Origin: Bacilli bacterium
Lineage (GTDB): Bacteria; Bacillota_I; Bacilli_A; RFN20; CAG-826
Direction: 5' to 3'
Assembly (NCBI GenBank): GCA_049419605.1
Contig: JBMSKF010000005.1
Span: 58-64,057 of the forward strand
Length of the DNA stretch: 64,000 nucleotides
The notes beneath the pieces were generated by a model that saw nothing but the letters and a program-made list of their open reading frames with translations, was not told the origin of the DNA and did no database searches. Made by a program: the position numbers and the translations under genes. Positions within the stretch are counted from its first letter, which is position 1. Each line of letters starts with the position of its first letter. Shown piece after piece: positions 55,139-64,000 of this stretch.

Positions 55139-57877
55139 TATTCGTTTAACGAGTAGAACTTGATAAGGTCGCATCAATACTTGACCATTTAGTAAAGTGC
55201 CAACAGGATAGTGACCGGTGCTATCAAACATGACTTCAACACGATCTTGACTCGTTCCCCAGGCGATGATAGAGGTTAATGCACCACTACTTTTTGCTTC
55301 TCTAGCATTGGCAAAAACATAATAAGGTTGACTGTCTTTGGTTAAGGCCATCGCAATCGTAGAGTAGGTTAAAGGACTATTCCAAAATCCTAAATTGGTT
55401 TGGACTTCAGTCGCAGATTCTAATTGGAAGGAAAGACCATTCTTTCTTAATTCAATCATGCTTGCGTATCGTTCAAACTGGGCAAGGTACGTCACTTTTC
55501 GATCCCATTTAAAACTGTTGGTAAAGTCAGAAGATTTGTAGGAGTTATGAGAAATGCGTTGTCCGTTAATCTCAAAGACATATTGGTCTTCATCTTCGGC
55601 TTCGGCAATTTTGGTACGCATGATTTCTTCACCAGCATGGATAAATGGAATTCCTGCTGCAAAGCTAACAAGGGCATTAATGCCTACACTGGCGTTTGGC
55701 GCATTTTCAATCCCCACGGTACCTTGTAATTGATCATAGAGGGTTAAGTTATCATGGGCAGAAGCATAGTTCACCGTTTTATTTGGATCCGTATAGGTGG
55801 TGTTATAGTAGTCGCCGTTTTTGCCAGCGAGCATCCCTTTGACGCGATTGATGAAGGTCACATTACTCGCATTATCATTTTCGCCTTTTTGGAACCAACC
55901 ATATTCGCTTCCATTGCCCCAATTGTTTTCACCTTTTAAACCATTTCGACCAGCATCATTAAAACCACCCACTCCATTGAGTCGGTTGTAAACAGAATAA
56001 GTATTGGATTGCTCTGCTAACGGTAAAGTAGTATCGGAAAAGCCTTTCCAGGGTTCACCATAAATGACGATATCCGGATCAATTTCATTTAATGCGTCAC
56101 GAACTTGATTCATTGTGTCGACATCGATCAGTGCCATTAAATCAAAACGGAACCCTTTGATTTTATAAGTCTCTGCCCAAAACTTCACTGAGTCGATCAT
56201 GAATTTTCTAAACATGGGACGTTCAGATTTCGTTTCATTGCCAACGCCAGCACCATCAGAAAAGGTACCATCTTGATTGAGTCGGAAATAATATCCTGGT
56301 ACTAGCATGTTAAAGTTGGAACCCATGGCACTCGCGGTGTGATTGTACACGACATCCATGATAATGCGAACATCTTGTTCCGCAAAAGCTTGTACCATTT
56401 CTTTAAACTCTAAAACACGAACAGAACCATCACGAGGGTTGGTGGAATATTGACCTTCTAAAACATTAAAGTTTAGTGGATTATATCCCCAGTTAAACTT
56501 ATTGGAAAGTTCGTTGTTGGCTTGATCATAGAACGGTAGAATTTGTAATGCATTAAATCCAAGTTCTTTAAGATGATCAAAACCAGTTGCAACAGTAATC
56601 CCATCTTGAGAGGTGTAGGTGGTTCCAGATTCTACAAGACCTTTAAACTTACCTCGGTTGGTTTCTGTACCAGTCCAAGAAGCATCCATCGTGAGATCAC
56701 GCACATGAAGTTCGTATATAAGTAAATCTGTGGGTGAGCTAATATCTTCAAAGGTAACTTGGTCCCAACCTTCAGGTTGAATCGTATTCACATCGATAAT
56801 TTTCGCTCTGACACCATTGACCCCAGCGGTTCGAGCATAGGGATCCATGACTTCATTCGTTCCTACAGCATTCGTAACCGTGTACGTATAGTAACGACCA
56901 ATCAAGCCTCGGTGAGCAGTCAATGGTAAAACTTGATAGTAAATTCCTTTGACTCCCTGACTCATCGTGTAGGTGCCAATCGGTAAATCACTAATCGTTT
57001 GTCCTGTAATAGATGAGGTATCCCCAGATGTATAAATGTTTAAACGAATCTTTTGTGAAGTTGGTGCCCAAACTTTAAAGATGGCTTCAGAAGCATTGAA
57101 GGTTAAACCCAAATCATTGCCTGTATACGTGTATTCCTGATTGAATTTTGTGGTTTCAAATAATCTGTTTGCGAGTACGGTCCTGATTTTGGTTTTGGTA
57201 TCGGTGGGTTTGAACTTGACCCTTACGCGATAAAGTAAACTAATATCCGCATCACTTGTTAAAGGTGCTTGAAGACCATTATTACCAGATCCACCAGTCG
57301 CAATGACGTCATCGCCTGCAAGAATTTCATAACTTGTAAATGGAGCGTTTGTTTGTATTTCAATTCGATTCCAACTAGAAAAGAATGCTCCTGTGATTCG
57401 ATCACCGGTCGCATCTGCTTCTGTAAAGTAGTACTCCGATTCACCTAAGATTAGATAAACATTCATCTCCCCTTCTGCAGTAACAAAGGAAGAAAAATCT
57501 GCAAAGAAAATTGAAGTATCAGGAGATTGACCTGCCCATGTATTCGCTGGACGAACAATATAATTTAATTTACTTCTAGTTTCCCAAGTATCAATGGGTA
57601 ACGTGATGTAACCACCATATGCATCGGATTGAGTAAAGATAAATAATTCACCATCAAAACCATCTTCCCAAATCCATAAAGCATGATTTGCATAATTGAC
57701 AACATTATCGCCTCTTAAACGAAAAGTGATTTCTGATATTGATACATCAGTTATTGAAGAATTGGTGGTTGAATTTGAATTACTTGGACTAATTGAAGAA
57801 TTGGAGGATGAATGATTACATGCCGAAAGTGTAATAAGTCCTAAAAGTAAATAAATCGAAAATCGATGTTTATTCAT
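55136..57877 (-). CDS. pulA: Type I pullulanase, surface lipoprotein (GH13 with N-terminal CBM-like modules)
   Basis: Lipobox LSAC plus a Ser/Asn-rich linker. Motifs FNWGYNP (YNWGYDP-type), MDVVYNHT, GFRFDLM, YGEPW and YASAHDN. Confidence 0.9.
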   Translation of the reverse strand: MNKHRFSIYLLLGLITLSACNHSSSNSSISPSNSNSTTNSSITDVSISEITFRLRGDNVVNYANHALWIWEDGFDGELFIFTQSDAYGGYITLPIDTWETRSKLNYIVRPANTWAGQSPDTSIFFADFSSFVTAEGEMNVYLILGESEYYFTEADATGDRITGAFFSSWNRIEIQTNAPFTSYEILAGDDVIATGGSGNNGLQAPLTSDADISLLYRVRVKFKPTDTKTKIRTVLANRLFETTKFNQEYTYTGNDLGLTFNASEAIFKVWAPTSQKIRLNIYTSGDTSSITGQTISDLPIGTYTMSQGVKGIYYQVLPLTAHRGLIGRYYTYTVTNAVGTNEVMDPYARTAGVNGVRAKIIDVNTIQPEGWDQVTFEDISSPTDLLIYELHVRDLTMDASWTGTETNRGKFKGLVESGTTYTSQDGITVATGFDHLKELGFNALQILPFYDQANNELSNKFNWGYNPLNFNVLEGQYSTNPRDGSVRVLEFKEMVQAFAEQDVRIIMDVVYNHTASAMGSNFNMLVPGYYFRLNQDGTFSDGAGVGNETKSERPMFRKFMIDSVKFWAETYKIKGFRFDLMALIDVDTMNQVRDALNEIDPDIVIYGEPWKGFSDTTLPLAEQSNTYSVYNRLNGVGGFNDAGRNGLKGENNWGNGSEYGWFQKGENDNASNVTFINRVKGMLAGKNGDYYNTTYTDPNKTVNYASAHDNLTLYDQLQGTVGIENAPNASVGINALVSFAAGIPFIHAGEEIMRTKIAEAEDEDQYVFEINGQRISHNSYKSSDFTNSFKWDRKVTYLAQFERYASMIELRKNGLSFQLESATEVQTNLGFWNSPLTYSTIAMALTKDSQPYYVFANAREAKSSGALTSIIAWGTSQDRVEVMFDSTGHYPVGTLLNGQVLMRPYQVLLVKRI

Positions 57878-57910
57878 TTAAGAAATAATAACATGAAAAT
57901 TTAATTAAAT

Positions 57911-58597
57911 TTAAACAGCAGATCCTCTAGTGTAATTTTCTGAAAGTCTATTTTTTTTGTCAGTAATCGTGGTTGAATCTCCAAAGTCATCTTCCACAGT
58001 TGTGGAACCATCAAAAGTGTTGGTAGTGAAAAATAAATCATCAATTTGTGGATAAGCATTAAAACCATTTGCTGTGCTAGTTGAACACGTGTCAATTTTA
58101 TTTAATAAGGCTACAACATCAGAATTACTTAAACCAAGATTATCTACTGCCGTGGCGTTACGTTTAGTCCCATCACTACCTAACCAAGCTGAAATTGCAA
58201 CCGCCTTGTAGTTTGTTGGACCCGTTAAAAAAATAGAACTCATTGATATATCAACAGATTGATTGCTATTTTTATCGCCATTACCATTTGCCCTATCCTT
58301 TACTAAAAAATTCGTTGTGTCAGAGGGCACGTCATAATAAAACATTCCTTGCCAGTAATTATTTATTACTTGCGTCATTGCGCTTGCGGTATTAAAGGTG
58401 TTAGATGTAGATCCACCCCAATAATAAATGAACATTTGATCACCAGCATCCCATGCACCTTCTAGATAGACGTATATGCGTTTATCATCAGCGGCAGCCT
58501 GAGGTTCAAACTGACTAGTATTGTAGTTAACCGATAAGACCACACCACCAACCATAAAAGTTGTAAGGGTGGCTAAAAGTGTTTTTTTAAAGTTCAT
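57911..58597 (-). CDS. Secreted or anchored protein with a CBM25/26-like starch-binding module
   Basis: N-terminal hydrophobic anchor. RIYVYLEGAWDAGDQMFIYYWGG...WQGMFYYDVPSDTTNFLVKD follows the CBM25/26 pattern. It is the first gene of an operon with the pullulanase. Confidence 0.5.
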   Translation of the reverse strand: MNFKKTLLATLTTFMVGGVVLSVNYNTSQFEPQAAADDKRIYVYLEGAWDAGDQMFIYYWGGSTSNTFNTASAMTQVINNYWQGMFYYDVPSDTTNFLVKDRANGNGDKNSNQSVDISMSSIFLTGPTNYKAVAISAWLGSDGTKRNATAVDNLGLSNSDVVALLNKIDTCSTSTANGFNAYPQIDDLFFTTNTFDGSTTVEDDFGDSTTITDKKNRLSENYTRGSAV

Positions 58598-58648
58598 GAT
58601 AAGATGTCCCCACTTTGTAAATGACTAAAAAGATAACAATTTAATGAT

Positions 58649-58677
58649 ATGTTAGCGGTTACATTTTAATTTGTCAA
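58649..58677 (-). promoter_or_regulatory. Promoter of the CBM-protein/pullulanase operon with an embedded perfect cre
   Basis: Minus strand: TTGACA, 17 nt, then TAACAT. The spacer and -10 contain TGTAACCGCTAACA (58663-58650). That sequence matches cre consensus TGWAANCGNTNWCA at all defined positions. Confidence 0.6.
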
Positions 58678-58781
58678 TAATCTTGATGTAAATTTTGATG
58701 ATAATTCTTTATTTTTGTTCGTTTTATTTGAAATAGAATCCTTAAATTGATTTGTGATAAGATATTTTTAGGTAAAAACAT

Positions 58782-59261
58782 ATGCCAAAACGAACCAATT
58801 ACATCTCTTGGGATGAATATTTTATGGGTATTGCGGTTAATTCTGCGATGCGTAGTAAAGATCCTTCTACCCAAGTTGGAGCTTGTATCGTCAATCCGAT
58901 GAATAAAGTTGTGTCTATTGGATATAACGGTATGCCTTCAGGTGTCGATGATGACCAAGTTTCTTGGGAACCTAAAGATGGATTGGATAGTAAGTATCTT
59001 TATGTCGCCCATGCGGAGTTGAATGCCATTCTTAATGCTAAAGATGGATCCGCTTTACAAAACACGAAAATCTTTGTGACGTTATTCCCATGTAATGAAT
59101 GTGCCAAGGCGATCATTCAATCCGGGATCAAAGAAGTCGTCTATCAAGAAGATAAATATAAAGATTCTATTGCCTCTCAGGCTGCTAAGAAATTATTTGC
59201 CCTCGCAAAAGTGAAGACGACGCAATATCAAGGTCGATTACCTCATATTGATTATAAATAA
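58782..59261 (+). CDS. comEB: dCMP deaminase (ComEB-type)
   Basis: HAELNAI and PCNECAK zinc motifs. N-terminal SWDEYFMGIA. Confidence 0.9.
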   Translation: MPKRTNYISWDEYFMGIAVNSAMRSKDPSTQVGACIVNPMNKVVSIGYNGMPSGVDDDQVSWEPKDGLDSKYLYVAHAELNAILNAKDGSALQNTKIFVTLFPCNECAKAIIQSGIKEVVYQEDKYKDSIASQAAKKLFALAKVKTTQYQGRLPHIDYK

Positions 59262-59501
59262 ATGAAAAAAGAAAAAAATAAGTTTGGTTTGATAAAAGGA
59301 TTTGGACGACGTTTTTTTTTATTGACGCTTGTATACATCACTTTTATGGTATCGATCTGGACAACGCTTGCCCAATTCTTTAATGAAGGCGTTGGTTTTA
59401 ATTGGATTTTTTGGTTAGTCATCAGTCTATCTTTATTATTATGGATTGGCTTAATCGTATGGGTGGAGTTATCCCAACTCAAACGGTATGGCCATGATTA
59501 A
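59262..59501 (+). CDS. Small two-TM membrane protein, unknown function
   Basis: 79 aa. It starts on the nucleotide after the comEB stop and overlaps ecfA1 by 14 nt. It has a basic N-terminus followed by two hydrophobic helices. Confidence 0.5.
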   Translation: MKKEKNKFGLIKGFGRRFFLLTLVYITFMVSIWTTLAQFFNEGVGFNWIFWLVISLSLLLWIGLIVWVELSQLKRYGHD

Positions 59502-60297
59502 TGTAGAACATTTAAGTTTTGCCTACGAAGAAAACAAAAAAGTTTTAACAGATCTTTCCTTTACCATCAAACAAGGACAATTTGTTGCCTTGATGGGACA
59601 TAATGGTTCGGGTAAATCCACCTTAGCGAAATTACTCGCAGGATTATTAGAAAATCAATCCGGAATCATTAACATCGATGGTGAGTTACTAAACCAAAGT
59701 AGTATTCGAGATATTCGTAAGAAACTTGGTATTGTTTTCCAAAATCCTGATAACCAATTCATCGGTTCAACGGTCGCGGATGATTTAGCCTTTGGTTTAG
59801 AAAATCGTTTAGTCCCTCATCAACTCATGCAAAAACGAATTGAAACTTTTGCAGCGCAAGTAGGTATGAAAGCTTTTTTAAATCAAGAACCTACCTCGTT
59901 GTCGGGGGGACAAAAACAACGCGTGGCGATTGCAGGTGTTCTCGCCATGGAACCGAAGGTTTTATTATTGGATGAAGCAACGGCGATGTTAGATCCTCAA
60001 GGTAAAAAGGAAATTAGAGAATTAATTTTAAGTATTCGTAAACAGTTTCCCAATCTCACTATCTTAGCAATCACGCATGATGTTGAAGAAGCGGTACTCG
60101 CCGATCAATTGATGGTGTTAAAAGAAGGTCGGTTAGCCTTCCACGGATTACCGGATACCTTGTTTAGAGATGATTCACTCGTCAAAAGTCTAAAGTTATC
60201 TTTACCTTTTGTGTATCAACTATTAGCGGCTTTTCCAAAGCAAGCGCCTACTGATATGTTTGATTTGGATGCATGGGCGGATGCTTTATGCCGATAA
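59488..60297 (+). CDS. ecfA1: ECF transporter ATPase component A1
   Basis: Walker A GHNGSGKST, signature LSGGQKQR, Walker B LLLDEAT. Confidence 0.9.
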   Translation: MAMINVEHLSFAYEENKKVLTDLSFTIKQGQFVALMGHNGSGKSTLAKLLAGLLENQSGIINIDGELLNQSSIRDIRKKLGIVFQNPDNQFIGSTVADDLAFGLENRLVPHQLMQKRIETFAAQVGMKAFLNQEPTSLSGGQKQRVAIAGVLAMEPKVLLLDEATAMLDPQGKKEIRELILSIRKQFPNLTILAITHDVEEAVLADQLMVLKEGRLAFHGLPDTLFRDDSLVKSLKLSLPFVYQLLAAFPKQAPTDMFDLDAWADALCR

Positions 60298-61124
60298 AAT
60301 TGAATCATGTTTTTCATATCTACTCACAAAAAACACCTTTTCAATTTGAAGCTTTACAAGATGTATCGTTAGTGATTGAAGAAAAAAGTTTTACTGCGAT
60401 TATTGGTCATACTGGGAGTGGTAAGTCTACCTTAATTCAACATCTCAATGCATTACTTTTACCCACCTCTGGCGAAGTAGAAGTGAATGGGATTGTCATT
60501 CGGGCTAACCAATTACCTAAGGAAGTTAAAAAGATACGCCAATACGCGGGTGTTGTATTTCAATTTCCGGAAGCGCAACTCTTTGAAGAACGCGTTATCG
60601 ATGATGTCATGTTTGGTCCTTTAAATTTTGGAAAGACTAAATTAGAAGCAAAAGAAGCTGCTATGGTTGCATTACACCAAGTTGGTTTAGATGCTTCATT
60701 TGATGAACGATCTCCTTTTGAACTATCCGGTGGTGAAAGAAGAAGAGTGGCGATTGCCGGCATTTTGGCAATGCAACCTAATGTTTTAATTCTCGATGAA
60801 CCAACTGCTGGGCTTGATCCAGAAGGTGCCACTAAGATGATGGAATTATTTACACAACTTCACCAACAAGGCATGACGATTATTTTAGTGACCCATGATA
60901 TGGAATTAGTGTTGAAATTTGCCAATCAAGTTATCGTCATGGAACAAGGAAAAGTGATTACACAAAGTTCTCCTCAAGAATTTTTTTATCAACAAAATCA
61001 TCAAGAAAGTTTTATGCATCCCCCGCTTGTTCAACTCATTAAGAAACTAAGAAAAAGAGGAAAAAAGATTTCTTCAAATCAGGAAAAATCATTAGAAGCG
61101 TTTATTGCAGGTTGGAAAGGTTAA
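60288..61124 (+). CDS. ecfA2: ECF transporter ATPase component A2
   Basis: MPIKLNHVFHIYSQKTPF...GHTGSGKST, LSGGERRR, ILDEPT. The ATG at 60288 aligns with typical EcfA2 N-termini. Confidence 0.9.
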   Translation: MPIKLNHVFHIYSQKTPFQFEALQDVSLVIEEKSFTAIIGHTGSGKSTLIQHLNALLLPTSGEVEVNGIVIRANQLPKEVKKIRQYAGVVFQFPEAQLFEERVIDDVMFGPLNFGKTKLEAKEAAMVALHQVGLDASFDERSPFELSGGERRRVAIAGILAMQPNVLILDEPTAGLDPEGATKMMELFTQLHQQGMTIILVTHDMELVLKFANQVIVMEQGKVITQSSPQEFFYQQNHQESFMHPPLVQLIKKLRKRGKKISSNQEKSLEAFIAGWKG

Positions 61125-61128
61125 CAGC

Positions 61129-61965
61129 ATGGCGGCGATCACACTTGGCCGTTACATGCCATATAACTCGTTGATGCATCGATTAGATCCTCGCATCAAA
61201 TTATTTGCCATGATTGTTACCATGGTTTCTATATTCTTGCGCTTTGGATCTGTCTGGACTGATCTCGCTTTTTATACCTTTATCTTTTTGATGATTGCCA
61301 CCGTCATGCGGATGACCAAAATTAAATTCAGGCAACTTTATCGTCAATTAAAACCTTTATGGCTCATGCTAGTGTTCTTATTGATGATCAACATTCTTCT
61401 TCCCAACACCCAAGAAATCAGCGGTTACATTTCACTTTGGGGTTTTAAAATTTACTATGCTGCGTTGCTACAAACCTTTTATATTGTATTTCGATTAGTG
61501 TTGATGATTGCCTTAACATTAGTGATTACAGCCTCTACTCGACCTTTGGATTTAACGTATGCGATTGAATGGTATTTATCGCCTTTGAAGGTTATCCGCT
61601 TTCCTAGTCACGAAGTGGCGATGACCATGAGCATCGCGTTGCGATTTATCCCAACGCTTCTAGAAGAAACCTATCGCATCATGAAAGCGCAAGCCTCTCG
61701 AGGTGTTGATTTTATCAACGGAAAATTAAAAGAAAAATTACGAGCGATGGTAGCCTTAATTGTTCCTTTATTTATTTCTGCGTTTCAACGGAGTGAAGAA
61801 TTAGCAAATGCGATGGAAGCCAGAGGTTATGATCCAAGTGCAAAGCGTACCCGATATCGTGAATTGATTTGGCATCGTCGTGATACCTTCGCTCTTATAT
61901 TCATGCTGCTATATCTTGGTTTATTTGTAACGTTAAAGGTTACAGGTTTTACATTACCTATCTAA
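61129..61965 (+). CDS. ecfT: ECF transporter transmembrane component T
   Basis: LDPRIKL motif near the N-terminus and the conserved ARG coupling motifs (AQASRG, AMEARG). The ATG at 61129 follows a GGAAAGG RBS. Confidence 0.9.
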   Translation: MAAITLGRYMPYNSLMHRLDPRIKLFAMIVTMVSIFLRFGSVWTDLAFYTFIFLMIATVMRMTKIKFRQLYRQLKPLWLMLVFLLMINILLPNTQEISGYISLWGFKIYYAALLQTFYIVFRLVLMIALTLVITASTRPLDLTYAIEWYLSPLKVIRFPSHEVAMTMSIALRFIPTLLEETYRIMKAQASRGVDFINGKLKEKLRAMVALIVPLFISAFQRSEELANAMEARGYDPSAKRTRYRELIWHRRDTFALIFMLLYLGLFVTLKVTGFTLPI

Positions 61966-62709
61966 ATGATGAAACAAAGATTCGTTGGTATTTTAATGTT
62001 TAAAGGAACGAAGTTCCAAGGTTGGCAAACCCAAAAACAAGGTCGCTCTATCCAAGAACATGTGGAAAAGACATTGACCACCATTTTCAATCAACCGATT
62101 CAAGTGTATGGTGCGTCAAGAACAGATGCAGGTGTGCACGCTAGAGGTTTTGTTTTTCATTTGGATGCAGAAACTGAATTGGCTCCTACAAAAGTAAGAT
62201 ATGGTTTTAATCGAATGATTGATGACGATATTTATTTGGTGAGTTTAAAACGAGTCCCATCTACCTTTGAAGCGCGTTACCAACATTCTAAAAAAACTTA
62301 TACTTATCAAATCCTTTTAGGAGAAAGAAATCCTTTTTTAAAAGATACGGTGATGCACATACCACATCCTTTGTCATTAACTAAGATAAAAAAAGGGATG
62401 CGATTTTTTATTGGCCAATATGACTTTCGTAATTTCACGACAAAGAAAGAAGATGGAGCAGATTTTGTCCGTACAATCTTTCAATTCAAAGTAAAAGAAC
62501 AAGGACCTTTATTAACTTTCACGATTGTGGGCGACGGGTTTATGACGTACATGGTGAGGATGATAATGGGATCTTTAATCGCAGTCGGTGAAGGTAAATT
62601 AACCCTTGAAACTTTACAACAATATATAGACAATAAGCTAAAAGGTCCTGTCTCCTATAAAGCAGAACCCCAAGGGTTATGTTTAGAAAAGGTGCGTTAT
62701 GAAAAATAA
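61966..62709 (+). CDS. truA: tRNA pseudouridine(38-40) synthase
   Basis: GASRTDAGVHA catalytic Asp motif. The position after ecfT is typical for Bacillota. Confidence 0.9.
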   Translation: MMKQRFVGILMFKGTKFQGWQTQKQGRSIQEHVEKTLTTIFNQPIQVYGASRTDAGVHARGFVFHLDAETELAPTKVRYGFNRMIDDDIYLVSLKRVPSTFEARYQHSKKTYTYQILLGERNPFLKDTVMHIPHPLSLTKIKKGMRFFIGQYDFRNFTTKKEDGADFVRTIFQFKVKEQGPLLTFTIVGDGFMTYMVRMIMGSLIAVGEGKLTLETLQQYIDNKLKGPVSYKAEPQGLCLEKVRYEK

Positions 62710-63502
62710 ACTAGATTACTGTTACCATTCCCACACGATGAGGTGTGGTCATGCCTATGGGACGGATGAAGCCTATGTAAAGGCTGCAATTGAAAATGGT
62801 TTTAAGGTGATAGGTTTTTCCGATCATATTTTTTTCCCAGGTATTTCCCAACCTGGCATGAGAGGCGACTATAGCCAACTTGAAGATTATAAAAAAAGCG
62901 TACTTAATTTAAAGAATCAATACGCGAAAGAGATACAAGTTCATTTAGGTTTTGAGGCTGAATATTATCCAGTTTTTGATCAATATTATCATCGCCTTAA
63001 GAAAGATCACGGTTTTGAATATTTAATTCTCGGTCAACACTTTCGTTTAGTCAACAAAAGTTTTCCAATTTATTATGCCTCCGTTAAAGATCCTGCCTTA
63101 ATTCATGAATATGCAGATAGTATTATTGAAGCGATGAAAACAGGATTATTCTCTTATGTAGCTCATCCTGATCTCTATATGTTAGGGTATGGCGGTGGTT
63201 GGGATGAACATGCGAAAGCGGTCGCTCATAAATTGGCCAAAGCCTCTGTTCAATTTGGTGTACCTTTGGAACTAAACCTTGGTGGAATTAATGGTAGAGG
63301 GTTGATGATGATTCAAGGTGAATATCGTTACCCTTATCCTTATGAAGGTTTTTGGGCTATCGCCAAAGAATATGGGGTTACCACTATCGTTGGGTTAGAT
63401 GCTCATGCCCCCGACGCATATCGTGGCACAAAATATCAAATTCTCTTTGATATCATCGAAAAGTATCAATTAAAAACGATTAACCGATTAAGTTTCAAGT
63501 GA
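62699..63502 (+). CDS. PHP-domain phosphoesterase (HisJ-family histidinol-phosphatase-like)
   Basis: The YHSHTMRCGHA...GFSDH...AHPD...GLDAH metal-ligand pattern of PHP domains. Confidence 0.75.
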   Translation: MKNKLDYCYHSHTMRCGHAYGTDEAYVKAAIENGFKVIGFSDHIFFPGISQPGMRGDYSQLEDYKKSVLNLKNQYAKEIQVHLGFEAEYYPVFDQYYHRLKKDHGFEYLILGQHFRLVNKSFPIYYASVKDPALIHEYADSIIEAMKTGLFSYVAHPDLYMLGYGGGWDEHAKAVAHKLAKASVQFGVPLELNLGGINGRGLMMIQGEYRYPYPYEGFWAIAKEYGVTTIVGLDAHAPDAYRGTKYQILFDIIEKYQLKTINRLSFK

Positions 63503-63533
63503 TATAATTTGAAAGATTTAAGGGAGACTCAAC

Positions 63534-64000
63534 ATGGGACGAGCATATCAAGTTAGAGCATCATCAATGGCGGCAACGGCTGCAAAACGTTCCGCATTAT
63601 TTATGCGTGCTTCTAAAGAAATTTATATGGCCGCTAAATCAGGTACTCCAGATCCCGATAGTAATTTAGCTTTAAGAGCAGCAGTCGATAAATACCGAGC
63701 CTTGAATGTAACCCGTGAAGTCATCGAACGTGCGATTAAAAAAGCTGCAGGTGGAGAAGTCGAAGCTTATAACGCTGGACGTTATGAGGCCTTCGGTCCA
63801 GGTGGCTGTCTCATTATCGTCGATACCTTAACGGATAACACCAATCGTGCCATTTCTGAAGTCCGATCGGCCATCACCAAGCGTAATGGCAAAATGGGAT
63901 CAGTATTATTTAACTTTACAGAATATGGTCAACTTGTCTTCACAGGTCAAACGCAGACCGCGGTTGAGGAGCAACTCATCCTTGGGGATGTAGATGTCCA
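63534..64000 (+). CDS. yebC: YebC/PmpR-family transcriptional regulator, N-terminal ~155 codons (runs off the window)
   Basis: The ATG at 63534 follows an AGGGAG RBS. Translation MGRAYQVRASSMAATAAKRSALFMRASKEIYMAAKSGTPDPDSNLALRAAVDKYRALNV... fits the family pattern. Confidence 0.85.
   Translation, partial: MGRAYQVRASSMAATAAKRSALFMRASKEIYMAAKSGTPDPDSNLALRAAVDKYRALNVTREVIERAIKKAAGGEVEAYNAGRYEAFGPGGCLIIVDTLTDNTNRAISEVRSAITKRNGKMGSVLFNFTEYGQLVFTGQTQTAVEEQLILGDVDV

Noticed and set aside
1-64000. I looked for CRISPR arrays, IS elements, integrases, phage genes, toxin-antitoxin pairs, restriction-modification genes and other defence genes.
   Set aside because: I found no regularly spaced direct repeats, no transposase, recombinase or nuclease-like ORFs, and no abrupt change in gene density or orientation that would suggest an island.

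Overview
Dense, AT-rich chromosomal window of about 60 genes. I found no rRNA, CRISPR array, transposase, integrase or phage genes. UGA acts as a stop codon, so this is the standard code, not code 4. Gene content is low-GC Gram-positive. Every exported protein is anchored by a lipobox Cys or an N-terminal TM helix, never by a wall-anchor motif. I infer an Acholeplasma-like, wall-less or thin-walled Bacillota/Mollicutes organism; this is not shown directly. Main blocks follow. (1) 1..1400: gcvT 5' part, an isochorismatase-family hydrolase, and a stand-alone tRNA-Ala(CGC). (2) 1450..24068: one 14-gene, about 22.6 kb same-strand operon for beta-1,3/1,6-glucan (laminarin-type) use. It holds a 1010-aa cytosolic phosphorylase-like protein, a four-CBM lipoprotein, an SBP lipoprotein, two ABC permease pairs with no ATPase, lipoprotein and cytosolic GH16 enzymes, GH30 and a LacI regulator. 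Nested in it are three large uncharacterised envelope proteins: a TM-anchored CBM-SBP giant, an NHL-TPR-Yip1 fusion and a DUF5696-like ectoprotein. This nested module is my best candidate for an undescribed system. (3) 24061..34255: assorted membrane proteins, a beta-propeller protein, a PfkB kinase plus GPH-like MFS, and ald. (4) 34230..36460: an FMN-riboswitch-controlled rib operon that cleanly lacks GTP cyclohydrolase II and the RibD reductase domain. (5) 36568..43538: glyA and a capD-capEFG (UDP-L-FucNAc) nucleotide-sugar cassette with no glycosyltransferases. (6) 43541..46052: copA-copZ behind a CsoR-type operator. (7) 46068..53430: aminotransferase, smpB, folC plus a FolT-like protein, a cytosolic GH13, an ATP-grasp protein and galE. 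(8) 53517..58663: a VanZ protein carrying four inserted Big_2 domains, then a pullulanase lipoprotein operon with a perfect cre in its promoter. (9) 58782..64000: comEB, ecfA1-ecfA2-ecfT, truA, a PHP phosphatase and the yebC 5' part. All family assignments come from reading motifs by eye. No searches were run.
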